64,000 nucleotides of DNA from an uncultured Bacteroidia bacterium (GTDB taxonomy: Bacteria > Bacteroidota > Bacteroidia > Bacteroidales > ML635J-15): NCBI GenBank assembly GCA_902776565.1, contig CACYQN010000011.1, positions 48,561 to 112,560 of the forward strand. The letters run 5' to 3'. Of this stretch, positions 1 to 9,171 are shown piece after piece (position 1 is the first letter of the stretch; each line of letters starts with the position of its first letter). The position numbers were made by a program, and so were the translations under genes. Below the pieces are notes generated by a model that had not been told where the DNA came from, ran no database searches, and worked only from the letters and a program-made list of their open reading frames with translations.

Positions 1-1
1 T

Positions 2-298
2 GAAAATTATAATGGGTATAGAGAATTCTTGGAGCTTCGGATGTATTGTTTTTTGACAGAAGCCTTTCGTATCCGTAAAGAAATCGAAAATAATATTCCT
101 GCCGAAGAAGGTTTATTTGCATCTCAATTTATCAATTATCATAAAACCATTGAGTCCAAATATTCTTCTAAACTGAGAGAGATATTTCAGAATTTACCGT
201 CGTTCAATAGAGAATATAAGGATAGGCTGATTACGAAAGAACAATATTCTGAGTTAGCTGATAGATACGAAGATGAAATAGGCGCATCATGCCGTTAG
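2..298 (+). CDS. hypothetical protein, 3' fragment (frame open to left window edge)
   Basis: Frame is open from nt 2 to the TAG at 296-298 (ORF-track piece 29..298). No motif recognised. Converges on hemW. Confidence 0.35.
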   Translation, partial: ENYNGYREFLELRMYCFLTEAFRIRKEIENNIPAEEGLFASQFINYHKTIESKYSSKLREIFQNLPSFNREYKDRLITKEQYSELADRYEDEIGASCR

Positions 299-312
299 AT
301 TATTCACTTGCT

Positions 313-1434
313 TTACTCAATAAACTCCACTATTATACTGTCCGACACAAACATTCCCTTTGGTGTAAGCGAAAAGTTGTCAGCATTGCATTTGTAAAGG
401 TCTGGCTGCAAATTGCTTATTGCAGTACGGATTTCTGCAACCTTTTCGCGTCCAAAACGCTGTTCAATTTCACAAAGATTAATTCCTTCGGATGTTCTTA
501 GTCCGAGCATTATGGTTTCCTCAAAAATGTCGGTTTCGGAAAGCGTTTCAGTAGTAAGACAAATATTTCCTTCTGATATGCCTTTGATGTATTCCTTTAC
601 ATTTGCGATGTTCCACGCGCGAATGCCGTTGTAGTATGAGTGTGCTCCTGGTCCTAAACCGAGATATTCTGTTCTATTCCAGTACGATGAGTTGTGTTGC
701 GAACGCATGTTCGGCTTGCTGGCATTTGAGATTTCGTAGTGCTCGAAGCCGTTTTCACGGACTTTGCTGTCGAATGCAAGGAACTGCTGCAGACAACTTT
801 CGTCGTCGGTGGGAGAGTACTTGCCTTCTGCAGTGTAGCGATGTAGCAATGTATTGTCCTCTATGCCGAGGCAGTAGCACGAAAGATGGCTTATCGGCAG
901 CGAAAATGCCGTGTCGAGTTGCTTTTCCCACATTTTATTGTCGATGCCCGTAATGCCATATATGAGGTCGATGCTGATGTTGTCGAAGCCGCATTTCTGG
1001 GCTGCAAGTACGCTTTCGATGGCATCTTTTGCGGTGTGGCGGCGTTTTAGGAATTTTAGCGTTGCATCGTCGAAACTTTGTATGCCTATGCTTAGACGGT
1101 TGATGCCGATTTGCCTCAGTTGGTGCAGGTATTCCGCATTCAGGTTTTCGGGATTGGCTTCGAGGGTGATTTCGGCGTTGCTGTCAATAGTATAATTATT
1201 GTAGATTTCCGACAAAATGCCTTCTATTTTTCCAATTTCGAGCATCGACGGTGTGCCGCCACCAAAATATATCGTGCGTATATGCCTGTCGGTTAGTTGG
1301 TTGCTGCGAAATGCAATTTCTTTTTTCAGTGCATTGCAATAGTCGTCAACAAGCGAGGATACAGCTATAGAATAGAAGTCGCAGTATATGCACTTCGACT
1401 TACAAAAAGGGATGTGGACATATATTCCCGACAT
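313..1434 (-). CDS. hemW: radical SAM heme chaperone / HemN-like coproporphyrinogen oxidase family
   Basis: 373 aa. N-terminal radical-SAM CxxxCxxC (HIPFCKSKCIYCDFYS), plus GGGTPS and HNSSYW blocks typical of the HemN/HemW family. Confidence 0.85.
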   Translation of the reverse strand: MSGIYVHIPFCKSKCIYCDFYSIAVSSLVDDYCNALKKEIAFRSNQLTDRHIRTIYFGGGTPSMLEIGKIEGILSEIYNNYTIDSNAEITLEANPENLNAEYLHQLRQIGINRLSIGIQSFDDATLKFLKRRHTAKDAIESVLAAQKCGFDNISIDLIYGITGIDNKMWEKQLDTAFSLPISHLSCYCLGIEDNTLLHRYTAEGKYSPTDDESCLQQFLAFDSKVRENGFEHYEISNASKPNMRSQHNSSYWNRTEYLGLGPGAHSYYNGIRAWNIANVKEYIKGISEGNICLTTETLSETDIFEETIMLGLRTSEGINLCEIEQRFGREKVAEIRTAISNLQPDLYKCNADNFSLTPKGMFVSDSIIVEFIE

Positions 1435-1439
1435 AGGGA

Positions 1440-2147
1440 TTATTTGTCATCGTAATCGTATTCGTAATGGTATCTTACGCGGTCTGTACCATACACATAC
1501 ACTTCGCCATTACCCGACTGCCAAACATCGCCTTCGTCGGTTGCGTATGCTTCTACACGACCAGAACCTGTGCTATGTATTTCAACATATTGAGATGTGA
1601 GGTTGTAGCAATCTACATCGCCCGAACCACTGCATGTTATCTTTACTTCGCTGGCAACACCGTTGACTACCACGTCGCCCGAACCACTGTTAGAGATTTC
1701 TACGGCTTCGTGTTCGCAATTGAAAACATAGAGGTCGCCGGAACCAGTATTATCGAATTCTATCTTTTTTGATAATGGAGATTCTACCGATAGGTCGCCA
1801 GATGCATTGTTGGTGAAATACATGTAGTCCATTCGCTTCATGTAAACGGTAATAGTCACTGGCAATGTGTTGCGCAGACGGTATTTGTTCTTGTCTTTTG
1901 CAATTATCAATCTTTTACGCTTGGTATAAACCGTTAACTTTTGTACGATGTTCGATTCGCCAGTTATGACAACCTTGTTTTCGTTTGAAAATATAATAGT
2001 TACGTCAAATGGCGTTTCATTTCTTACTTCTTGAAAGTATTCGTTTATATTATAGGTTTCAGTAACGACGTTGCCATCACCTTCTATTTTCTTGCACGAG
2101 CTAAAAGCCACGCACATAACCAATGCTGCTATAACAAAGTTTCTCAT
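1440..2147 (-). CDS. GIN-domain (DUF2807) lipoprotein
   Basis: Lipoprotein signal (VAFSSC). Repeated SGSGD(V/L) beta-strand repeats typical of the DUF2807 putative adhesin head domain. Paralog of 3908..4615 and of the N-terminal half of 2362..3876. Confidence 0.65.
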   Translation of the reverse strand: MRNFVIAALVMCVAFSSCKKIEGDGNVVTETYNINEYFQEVRNETPFDVTIIFSNENKVVITGESNIVQKLTVYTKRKRLIIAKDKNKYRLRNTLPVTITVYMKRMDYMYFTNNASGDLSVESPLSKKIEFDNTGSGDLYVFNCEHEAVEISNSGSGDVVVNGVASEVKITCSGSGDVDCYNLTSQYVEIHSTGSGRVEAYATDEGDVWQSGNGEVYVYGTDRVRYHYEYDYDDK

Positions 2148-2303
2148 TTCTTATGAATTAAATTTTTTGCAAAAATAAGGATTATTTATGATCTACGATT
2201 TATGATTCGAAAAGTTTATGTTGCATCGCAAAGCCTTGCGGAGGTTCAATTGTTCGTTGATTTGATTTGAAATCCAAATTTTATTCCAGCGAAATATCTG
2301 TTT

Positions 2304-2340
2304 GAAAAAAAGTCCTTGCCGGGGAGACAGGGACTTTTTT
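2304..2340 (-). terminator. rho-independent terminator (bidirectional shape)
   Basis: Hairpin agtccttg/cagggact (2311-2335) flanked by an A-run (2304-2310) and a T-run (2335-2340). Lies just downstream of the minus-strand gene ending at 2362. Confidence 0.6.
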
Positions 2341-2361
2341 CGTAGTAAGTTTATGTTTTTG

Positions 2362-3876
2362 TTATCGACGTAAGCTTATTAAAGGGAGCTTTAGTCCAAA
2401 GCATATAGGATGTACTTTTAATACCTTGTTGTCTGCTGTTAGGTTGCTATAAACTTTCGACAAGTCGTAGGTAGCATAAAAACAGATTAGTCTAAGGTTT
2501 AATTCTGCTTTTACCCCGTAGCGCAATGCTTCGAAACAGCTGGCTTTGATGTGGTTCTTGTATTTTTCTCCGTTTTCGATGTATTTGTATTTGTTGCGAC
2601 CTCCGATGTTGTATCCGACATATCCGCCTACGCCGATGCTAAGGTGTTTTGGTATGATGACAAAGGTGGGGCAGAGTTCGAAGTTGACGTATGGTGCCGA
2701 TAGTTTGCTTTTCATGTAGGAGAGGTCGGTATTGGTGTCGTAGTAGAGGTAGGGCTGGTGCAGCGAGTCGGTTGCGTATCGTACCGAAGGTTCGCTGAAC
2801 TTGAAGTTGAACCAGGTGAACGAAATTTCGGTTGGCAGGCGGAACCATTTGCCGAAACGTATTACGTTGCCGATACTTATACCAGCTTCCCATGATCCCC
2901 AAGGTTTTACTTTGTACATGCCTTGAGCGAACTTGCCGTTTTCGAGGTAGTTGTTGAAGCCCCATTTTGCACCTATGTATACGTTGTCTTTTATCTTCTT
3001 CTTTTTGGTCGGTGTATTGCTGTCTGTTTGAGTTGCGTTTGATTCTGGTTCACCGTTTGTAGTATTATTGTCCGGTGATCTGTGTATAACAACAGTTCCG
3101 CTTCCATCGTCATCGATGGAAGTTGCCGATTTCCCGTAGATCTCGAACCCTGCGTCGCTGTCGTCTTCCGATGCTTTTGAAAGAAGTCTCTTTAAGTTGA
3201 TGCTACCCGAGCCAATTTTTTGAGTCTTAGGCGAACCATATACTGTAACCTTTCCGATTCCATCGTTGTTGACAGATATTGTCGAGTCAGCAAAGACTTC
3301 AACATTTCCAATGCCGCTGTTGTCGACCGAAGCGTTGTCGGATATAAGATTTTTTGCATTGATGTTGCCTGTTCCCGAATTGATTATGCGAGTGTTTTTT
3401 GATGAGCCGGAAATTTTAATTGCACCAATGCCGCTGTTGTCGATCGAAACCGACGGACAATCAACAGTCACCTCGCAGCTTCCTGTCCCCAAGTTGCCAA
3501 TCTTGACGGGATTTTCTGATACGTAGACCTGGGCCTTGCCAACGCCTTCGTTTATAAATTCGTTCAGCAAAGTCGTGGTTACCTCGATCTTGCAGAAGTT
3601 GTTGTTCGAATATGACGAATTTTCTTCCGTGAAGATTTCGAGGGTGCCGTTGCTTACCGAATACCCGATTTGATTTAGCGTCTTGTCGTCGCAAATGAAT
3701 TTGATAGAATACTTGTCGCCTGTATTTACTAATACGGTGGCAACACTTTTGTTGACTACTCTGTGGAATTCCTCTGTTGTGTATTCCGTTTTGTTGGCTA
3801 TTGCTACGTTGTTGTCTTGTGCTACCACGATAATGCTAGCCAAACATGCCAATGTTACAATGATTAATTTTTTCAT
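2362..3876 (-). CDS. GIN/DUF2807 domain protein fused to a C-terminal outer-membrane beta-barrel-like domain
   Basis: Signal peptide. The N-terminal half has N(S/D)G(I/T)G repeat strands like its neighbours. A Ser/Thr/Asn-rich linker follows. The C-terminal ~200 aa has alternating aromatic/Gly strands (GYVGYNIGG, YATYDLSK) suggestive of an OMP beta-barrel. Confidence 0.5.
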   Translation of the reverse strand: MKKLIIVTLACLASIIVVAQDNNVAIANKTEYTTEEFHRVVNKSVATVLVNTGDKYSIKFICDDKTLNQIGYSVSNGTLEIFTEENSSYSNNNFCKIEVTTTLLNEFINEGVGKAQVYVSENPVKIGNLGTGSCEVTVDCPSVSIDNSGIGAIKISGSSKNTRIINSGTGNINAKNLISDNASVDNSGIGNVEVFADSTISVNNDGIGKVTVYGSPKTQKIGSGSINLKRLLSKASEDDSDAGFEIYGKSATSIDDDGSGTVVIHRSPDNNTTNGEPESNATQTDSNTPTKKKKIKDNVYIGAKWGFNNYLENGKFAQGMYKVKPWGSWEAGISIGNVIRFGKWFRLPTEISFTWFNFKFSEPSVRYATDSLHQPYLYYDTNTDLSYMKSKLSAPYVNFELCPTFVIIPKHLSIGVGGYVGYNIGGRNKYKYIENGEKYKNHIKASCFEALRYGVKAELNLRLICFYATYDLSKVYSNLTADNKVLKVHPICFGLKLPLISLRR

Positions 3877-3907
3877 TTTTTCGTGTTTTATTTGTTAGTA
3901 GATTTCA

Positions 3908-4615
3908 TTATTTGTTTCTAGCGTCAATTTTACCAAGACCTTCATTTGAGGCTTCTATTTTACTCGCTATCAGTTTCGAAGCCTTGATTTTGCCAATACC
4001 TTCGTTGCCGTAGTATGCTTCGTTGGTTGTGCCCGACAACTCTATGGATCCGATGCCATCGTTTTTCACAGTGACTATGTTGGCCTTAATGTTTTGTATT
4101 TCAGTCTTGCCGATGCCTTCGTTAGTAATGTCGATCTGGTCAGCCGAGACATTTGCAAGTTTTACCTTGCCAATGCCAATATTGCGGATAGTAAGCGAAC
4201 TGGCTGTTAGCTTGTCGCACGATATTGAGCCTATGGTTTCGTTGGCAATGATGTTGCAATTGGGCGTATATACAACAATGTCGTGCTTGTCTTCGTCGAT
4301 GCTGCTGTCGGTGTCAAAATATATCGATAACACTCCGTCTTTTACTTCGGTTGCAACATATCGCATTATGTTTTCGTGGACGGTGACAACAACCTTGGAT
4401 TCGTCGCTCTGTACAATTTTGATATTGAAAATACCCGCATTGCATATCTTTTCGAAATTTTCAAGTTTGCGAGTCTCTGTTATTACCTTACCTTTTCCTT
4501 TTATCATGGCGTTTGATAAAGTGCGGGTGCATACAGATGTTTCTTCTGTCCTAGTAATCTCATTTGCATGTATGGCTACCATAAGTGCAAATCCTATTAA
4601 AAAAAAGTATCTCAT
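3908..4615 (-). CDS. GIN-domain (DUF2807) secreted protein
   Basis: Signal peptide. Repeated N(E/D)GIGK strand repeats. Same family as 1440..2147. Confidence 0.65.
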   Translation of the reverse strand: MRYFFLIGFALMVAIHANEITRTEETSVCTRTLSNAMIKGKGKVITETRKLENFEKICNAGIFNIKIVQSDESKVVVTVHENIMRYVATEVKDGVLSIYFDTDSSIDEDKHDIVVYTPNCNIIANETIGSISCDKLTASSLTIRNIGIGKVKLANVSADQIDITNEGIGKTEIQNIKANIVTVKNDGIGSIELSGTTNEAYYGNEGIGKIKASKLIASKIEASNEGLGKIDARNK

Positions 4616-4623
4616 AATCGTAA

Positions 4624-5670
4624 TTATTTTTTGTTATTAGCTATAGTCAAACATATTTCATCTCCGATATCCCTTATCATATTAGCGGGTTCGCTGTTCA
4701 TGAATGCTGAACGAATTTTGTTTGCGCTGCGGCGCAGAAATGTACGGAATCTACTTTCTTTAATTATTGTAATTCCGTTGTCTTGTGATTGGTATGCGAA
4801 CAAGTCTTCATCCGAGGCATGGTTCTCTGGTTCTATATTTTCGATAGAATCTGTATTCTCGGTATTTTGTTCTGCGATGTAATTTTTCTCCTCGGTAACT
4901 GGTGAAGCATCTTCTGTTGCAACGTTGTCGAGTTCTGTTTCGGCAATGTCCTGAATGTCATACAATGACGGTTCGACGATGGTGTCGGTGTTGAATGCCA
5001 AAGTTTCGGTCGGTGCGTTGTTGTTTTTATGGGCCTTGGCTTTTCTTTGGAAATACTGTTCTTCCTTTAAGCTGGGTTCTGAATTGTTGGTGTTGCCTAC
5101 GACAATTTCTTCTGTCATATTGTCGGTCTGAGCATCCGCAATTGTTTTATTGTCAATGTGTTGCGAAATGTTGTTCTGCTCGGGATAGGTAATTGTGTTT
5201 TCTCCGTTTCCAAAGGCATTGTATAGGATTATTCCACATGCGGCAATTAGTACTATTGATGCTGCTATGGAAACAGGTCGTAGCCAGATGACTATTCCGC
5301 GTTTCTTCAGGCCGTCCTTGTCTGGGTAGTGTACGTTCATGTCAGGCTTTTGGATTGTAAGCTTGTATGCTTCGTACGACTTATTTACATTCTGATTGGT
5401 TTTTATTTTGGTGTCAATGTATTTTTCGTCTTCTTCCGAAATAACTCCTTCTACCTTTTCGATGAGGAGCCTTTCTGTGATGTTTTCGACCGAAAGCATT
5501 TCCTTTCCTTCGAATTTTGCATCTTCTACGTCGCTGTTTTCGAGCATTGCTATGACATCGGGATTACTCTCGAGGTATGCCATGAGTTCGGCTTCTTCCG
5601 TTTCGGAGAGCTGGCAATCGAGGAACCTCTGCCACATTTCTTCAATATTGCTTTGATCTATCCTTGTCAT
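4624..5670 (-). CDS. anti-sigma factor (single-pass membrane protein)
   Basis: The real start is taken as MTRIDQSNIEEMWQRF... (ATG 5668-5670), which overlaps the sigma-factor stop as ATGA. Has an N-terminal anti-sigma-like helix region, one TM segment (VSIAASIVLIAACGIILY) and a low-complexity C-terminus. The ORF-track version 4624..6024 is over-extended. Confidence 0.6.
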   Translation of the reverse strand: MTRIDQSNIEEMWQRFLDCQLSETEEAELMAYLESNPDVIAMLENSDVEDAKFEGKEMLSVENITERLLIEKVEGVISEEDEKYIDTKIKTNQNVNKSYEAYKLTIQKPDMNVHYPDKDGLKKRGIVIWLRPVSIAASIVLIAACGIILYNAFGNGENTITYPEQNNISQHIDNKTIADAQTDNMTEEIVVGNTNNSEPSLKEEQYFQRKAKAHKNNNAPTETLAFNTDTIVEPSLYDIQDIAETELDNVATEDASPVTEEKNYIAEQNTENTDSIENIEPENHASDEDLFAYQSQDNGITIIKESRFRTFLRRSANKIRSAFMNSEPANMIRDIGDEICLTIANNKK

Positions 5671-6149
5671 AGCGCGTTCTCCATTTTGACGATATAGTCT
5701 TTTAGTACTTTCCTTGCGCGGAAAATGTAAACTTTCACTTGTGTTTCGTTGAGACCTGTGATTTCTCCAATTTCGTTGTAGGAGTAACCTTCGTAGTCTC
5801 GGAGCAGGATGAGTTGACGCTGCTGTTCCGGAAGCTTTGCAAGTGCATTTTCCAGAATTTCCTTCAGTTCGGAGTTGCTGTCGTATTCTCCGGGTTCGTA
5901 ACCGGTACCTATTGCATCTTCTGCCGTGCTGAATTTCTCGTGTCTGGTTACGTCTATCATCCTGTTGTAAGCAACTTTGAACAGAAAAGACTTTGCGTTG
6001 TCGACTTCGTCGCGGTTTGTCCACAGCTTTGCAAAACTGTCCTGCACTATGTCCTGTGCAAGGTCGCTGTCCTTAATGTTCGACAGCACAAAGCGATAGA
6101 CGTTGTCCGCATACTTGTTAACCATAATATTGTAGTCTTCTCGTGTCAT
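5667..6149 (-). CDS. ECF (sigma-70 family group IV) RNA polymerase sigma factor
   Basis: 160 aa. Region-2 block DIVQDSFAKLW and region-4 block LILLRDYEGYSYNEIGEITGLNETQVKVYIFRARK. Confidence 0.85.
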   Translation of the reverse strand: MTREDYNIMVNKYADNVYRFVLSNIKDSDLAQDIVQDSFAKLWTNRDEVDNAKSFLFKVAYNRMIDVTRHEKFSTAEDAIGTGYEPGEYDSNSELKEILENALAKLPEQQRQLILLRDYEGYSYNEIGEITGLNETQVKVYIFRARKVLKDYIVKMENAL

Positions 6150-6300
6150 TGTTCCCTCTTATGACGTACATGCAGTACAAAATGTTACAAAGAAAATGAA
6201 AAAAAATTAAAGAACAATTTTTTTGTTTTGTGTATCACGATTTTAATAATTAGAATTGCCTAATAATAAATTATTTGTATCTTCGCACCGTAGTTTGAAG

Positions 6301-7182
6301 ATGATAAGATTGCTCTCACATAGCGAAATTGATTTTGTCAAGTATGACGAATGCATTGAAAACTCGATGCAAGGCAAAGTGTATGCAATGTCGTGGTACT
6401 TGGATGCGGTTTTTCCCGATTGGTCGGTGTATGTGGTTGGCGACTACGATGTTGTGATGCCTGTGCCACTGAAACGGAAGTTTGGACTTGTGTATGCGCT
6501 TCAACCGCAGTTCTGCCAGCAGCTGGGAATTTTCTCGAAGTCGTGGCTCTCGAAACTTCAGGCACGCGAACTAGTTGGAAAGTTGCCTTTCCTGTATCGT
6601 CTTTGCTTCAATAGCGGAAATGCAGATGTTTGCAATGAGAAAAAGCTTCGTCCAAACTATGTGCTGGATTTGAGTGCCGACTATGAGATTTTGAATGGCA
6701 GTTTTTCCTTGCAGTGCCGTCGCAATGTGAAAAAGGCAAAGACTTTTGTGCAACGGGTTGCCACAATTTCAAAGGACGAGTATCTGTCGTTCCTTTGCGA
6801 AAATGCAGGACAATGGATGGGAAAAGTGCAGGTTCCTGTTTTGACAAGGCTCATCGACAATGCCATTTCGGCTGGTTGTGCCGAGTTGGTGTCTGTCCGC
6901 GATGTGCAGGATAATGTTCTTGCTGCAGTATTTTTTATAAGGTGGGGTGGACGGCTGTATTATCTGTCGCCAGTTTCGAGCGAAAAGGGCAGGGAATGCC
7001 AGTCGATGACTTTCCTGCTGAACGATATTGTTGAGCGTAATGCAAATTCGTCGCTTCTTATCGACTTCGAAGGCTCGGCAATCGAAAGCATAAGGAATTT
7101 CTATGAGGGTTTCGGAGCAAAGGACGAGCCTTATCCTATGCTTGAGAAGAATATGTGGGTAGCGAAGATGTTGGGGAAATAA
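6301..7182 (+). CDS. hypothetical protein, possibly GNAT/FemAB-like acyltransferase fold
   Basis: Start chosen at MIRLLSHSEIDF (6301) rather than 6256. The family guess rests only on general resemblance to Bacteroidetes GNAT-like hypothetical proteins. Confidence 0.35.
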   Translation: MIRLLSHSEIDFVKYDECIENSMQGKVYAMSWYLDAVFPDWSVYVVGDYDVVMPVPLKRKFGLVYALQPQFCQQLGIFSKSWLSKLQARELVGKLPFLYRLCFNSGNADVCNEKKLRPNYVLDLSADYEILNGSFSLQCRRNVKKAKTFVQRVATISKDEYLSFLCENAGQWMGKVQVPVLTRLIDNAISAGCAELVSVRDVQDNVLAAVFFIRWGGRLYYLSPVSSEKGRECQSMTFLLNDIVERNANSSLLIDFEGSAIESIRNFYEGFGAKDEPYPMLEKNMWVAKMLGK

Positions 7183-7345
7183 TTGTTTGCCGATGCTGTT
7201 GTTAATGCAAAGTATGGTTATGCAGGGCTTTATCCTTATCTTGAAGGGGTTGCTGTGAAGTACAAGAAATAAGATGGTATTGGAGACTGTTTGATAAATT
7301 TGAAAAAGATTTGTTTAATTTCTGTCCACAGGACACTAATATAAA

Positions 7346-7380
7346 ATAAAAAAAAGCCCACAAATGCGGGCTTTTTTATT
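7346..7380. terminator. bidirectional rho-independent terminator
   Basis: Stem agccc/gggct (7355-7372) with an A-run on the left and a T-run on the right. Sits between converging genes ending at 7182 (+) and 7395 (-). Confidence 0.6.
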
Positions 7381-7394
7381 TGATGCACAACTGA

Positions 7395-8468
7395 TTATGC
7401 GTACAATTCTTCGAAAATCTTTCTCAATTCCGGGCTTTCGCGGAGTTCCTGGAGAGTGAAATCAGCGTGTCCCTTAGTGTAACCGTTACCAACGATCATG
7501 TTAACATCAGCACCGATACCTTCAGCACCGAGAGCAGCCTTTGTGAAGCTGGTTGCCATTGAGAAGAAGTAAACGATACCATCGTCCTTTGTGCAGAGAA
7601 CAGATGTCATTTCCTGGTCCGGAACATTTACGCAGTTGATAGTTACATCAGCCATCTTGCCGTTTGTGAGCTTTTCAACGAGTTCGTAAATTTCAACTGG
7701 AGTCTTTCCAGCAACGCTTTCAACTACATCGCAGAATCCCAATTCCTTGATTCTGTTGGTTGACTTCGGGCTGTTAGCAAGACCGATAACCTTACCGGTT
7801 ACACCAACGCGCTTCTTAGCTTCGTAGCAGCAGAGCATACCGCTCTTTCCACCTGCACCGAGGATAACAACATTCTGTCCGTACTGGCAGAGCTTTGCAG
7901 TCTGAGCTGGAGCACCAGCAACGTCCAATGCGCTCAAAGCGAGCTTTTCGGGCATGTCGTTCGGAATCTTAGCGTAGATACCGCTTTCGAAGAGGATAGC
8001 CTTACCCTTGATGTCAACTTGGTCAACATCTGGACGGATTTCGAGGATTTCGTCGATGCGGAGAGGAGTAAGTGACAAAGAAACCAAAGTAGCAATCTTG
8101 TCGCCTTCCTTCAGGTCAATCTTGCCCTTCAATGCGTCGCCAATCTTTTCAACGCGGCCGAGGAGCATACCGCCCGAACCAGTACGACGGTTACGGTGCT
8201 TACCCTGCAATTCAACATTGAGGAACATTTCCTTCTTAATTTCTTCCATAATCTTTTCCTGGCTTGCACCTTCGCCTGCCTGCTGCTTAGCGTAGTTGTG
8301 AATGTCGGTGAACGAAGCGGAGTCGATGTTTAATGTCTGAACATCAATAAGGATTTCGTTGTCATAGATTTCGTCCATATTGTTGTCAAGCTTGTTTGCC
8401 GGCTGTGGCAATACGCCCTTCGGCTCTAATACGCGGTGTACACCGTATTTGTTACCTTTCTTCTGCAT
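7395..8468 (-). CDS. kdd: L-erythro-3,5-diaminohexanoate dehydrogenase-like (lysine fermentation Kdd family)
   Basis: 357 aa. Blocks KYGVHRVLEPKGVLPQPA, GSGGMLLGRVEKIGD, DKIATLVSLSLTPLRIDEI, ILGAGGKSGMLC and FFSMATSFTKAALGAEG match my recollection of Kdd from Fusobacterium/Porphyromonas. Confidence 0.65.
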   Translation of the reverse strand: MQKKGNKYGVHRVLEPKGVLPQPANKLDNNMDEIYDNEILIDVQTLNIDSASFTDIHNYAKQQAGEGASQEKIMEEIKKEMFLNVELQGKHRNRRTGSGGMLLGRVEKIGDALKGKIDLKEGDKIATLVSLSLTPLRIDEILEIRPDVDQVDIKGKAILFESGIYAKIPNDMPEKLALSALDVAGAPAQTAKLCQYGQNVVILGAGGKSGMLCCYEAKKRVGVTGKVIGLANSPKSTNRIKELGFCDVVESVAGKTPVEIYELVEKLTNGKMADVTINCVNVPDQEMTSVLCTKDDGIVYFFSMATSFTKAALGAEGIGADVNMIVGNGYTKGHADFTLQELRESPELRKIFEELYA

Positions 8469-8655
8469 TTTGTTTAGTTTTAAGTTGTTATTTAAATTTT
8501 TACAATTCTCTGCAATTTGTCAAGCGACCGCAAAAGTAATATTTTTCTGAAAAAAAATACATTATTCGGGCAAATATTTTTTTCATTTTTTATTGCTTGT
8601 GAATCTGCAACACAAAAAAATCTTGCATCATCGTTGTCCGCGTTATTATTAGTTG

Positions 8656-8663
8656 TATATTTG
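8656..8663 (+). promoter_or_regulatory. candidate Bacteroidetes -7 promoter box (TATATTTG)
   Basis: Exact match to the TAnnTTTG consensus, ~38 nt upstream of the ATG at 8701. Confidence 0.35.
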
Positions 8664-8700
8664 CATTTGCAATTTTGCGCAGAATTTAAAAACATATTTT

Positions 8701-9159
8701 ATGGATAACACCAAATTTACGAAACAATTTGTTGCCTTGACAATGGCTACATTGAGAGCCGATGGCATCATCGAGCAGGTTGAACTCGACACTATCAAGG
8801 AACAGGCTGCCGACTTGGAGCTTGACATGGTAGAAGTTGAAAAGTTTATCGCTGAGGAAAACAACCTCCAGCAGAATGTAAACATCGAAAATTACATCAA
8901 GGAAATCGGTGCTACCGTTGAAAACCTTGGTGACAAGCACTGCATCATGGACGGCTGTATCCTTGTTGCTTTGTCGGACAAGATTCTCAAGGAATCGGAA
9001 GTAAAAGTGCTGAAGTTCGTATGCGAAGCCCTTGGTTTCTCAGTAGAACGCATGGTTCTCGACATTGCTATCATTGCTCAGAACGACCGCAGCATAAAGA
9101 TTGAAGGAAGCGACAGCAACTTCGACGAGATTATTGAAGATGAGGATTACAAAAATTAA
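8701..9159 (+). CDS. TerB-like (tellurite-resistance TerB fold) protein
   Basis: Start at MDNTKFTKQF. Has two ADG/SDK-I-x3-E-type repeats (RADGIIEQVELDTI, LSDKILKESEVKVL) as in TerB-family proteins. Acidic tail. Confidence 0.5.
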   Translation: MDNTKFTKQFVALTMATLRADGIIEQVELDTIKEQAADLELDMVEVEKFIAEENNLQQNVNIENYIKEIGATVENLGDKHCIMDGCILVALSDKILKESEVKVLKFVCEALGFSVERMVLDIAIIAQNDRSIKIEGSDSNFDEIIEDEDYKN

Positions 9160-9171
9160 AAAATTATTGGT

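Noticed and set aside
4624-6024. 466-aa version of the anti-sigma ORF
   Set aside because: The first 118 codons are Arg/Gln-rich nonsense lying inside the sigma-factor gene in another frame. The internal ATG at 5668-5670 gives the classic ATGA sigma/anti-sigma coupling.
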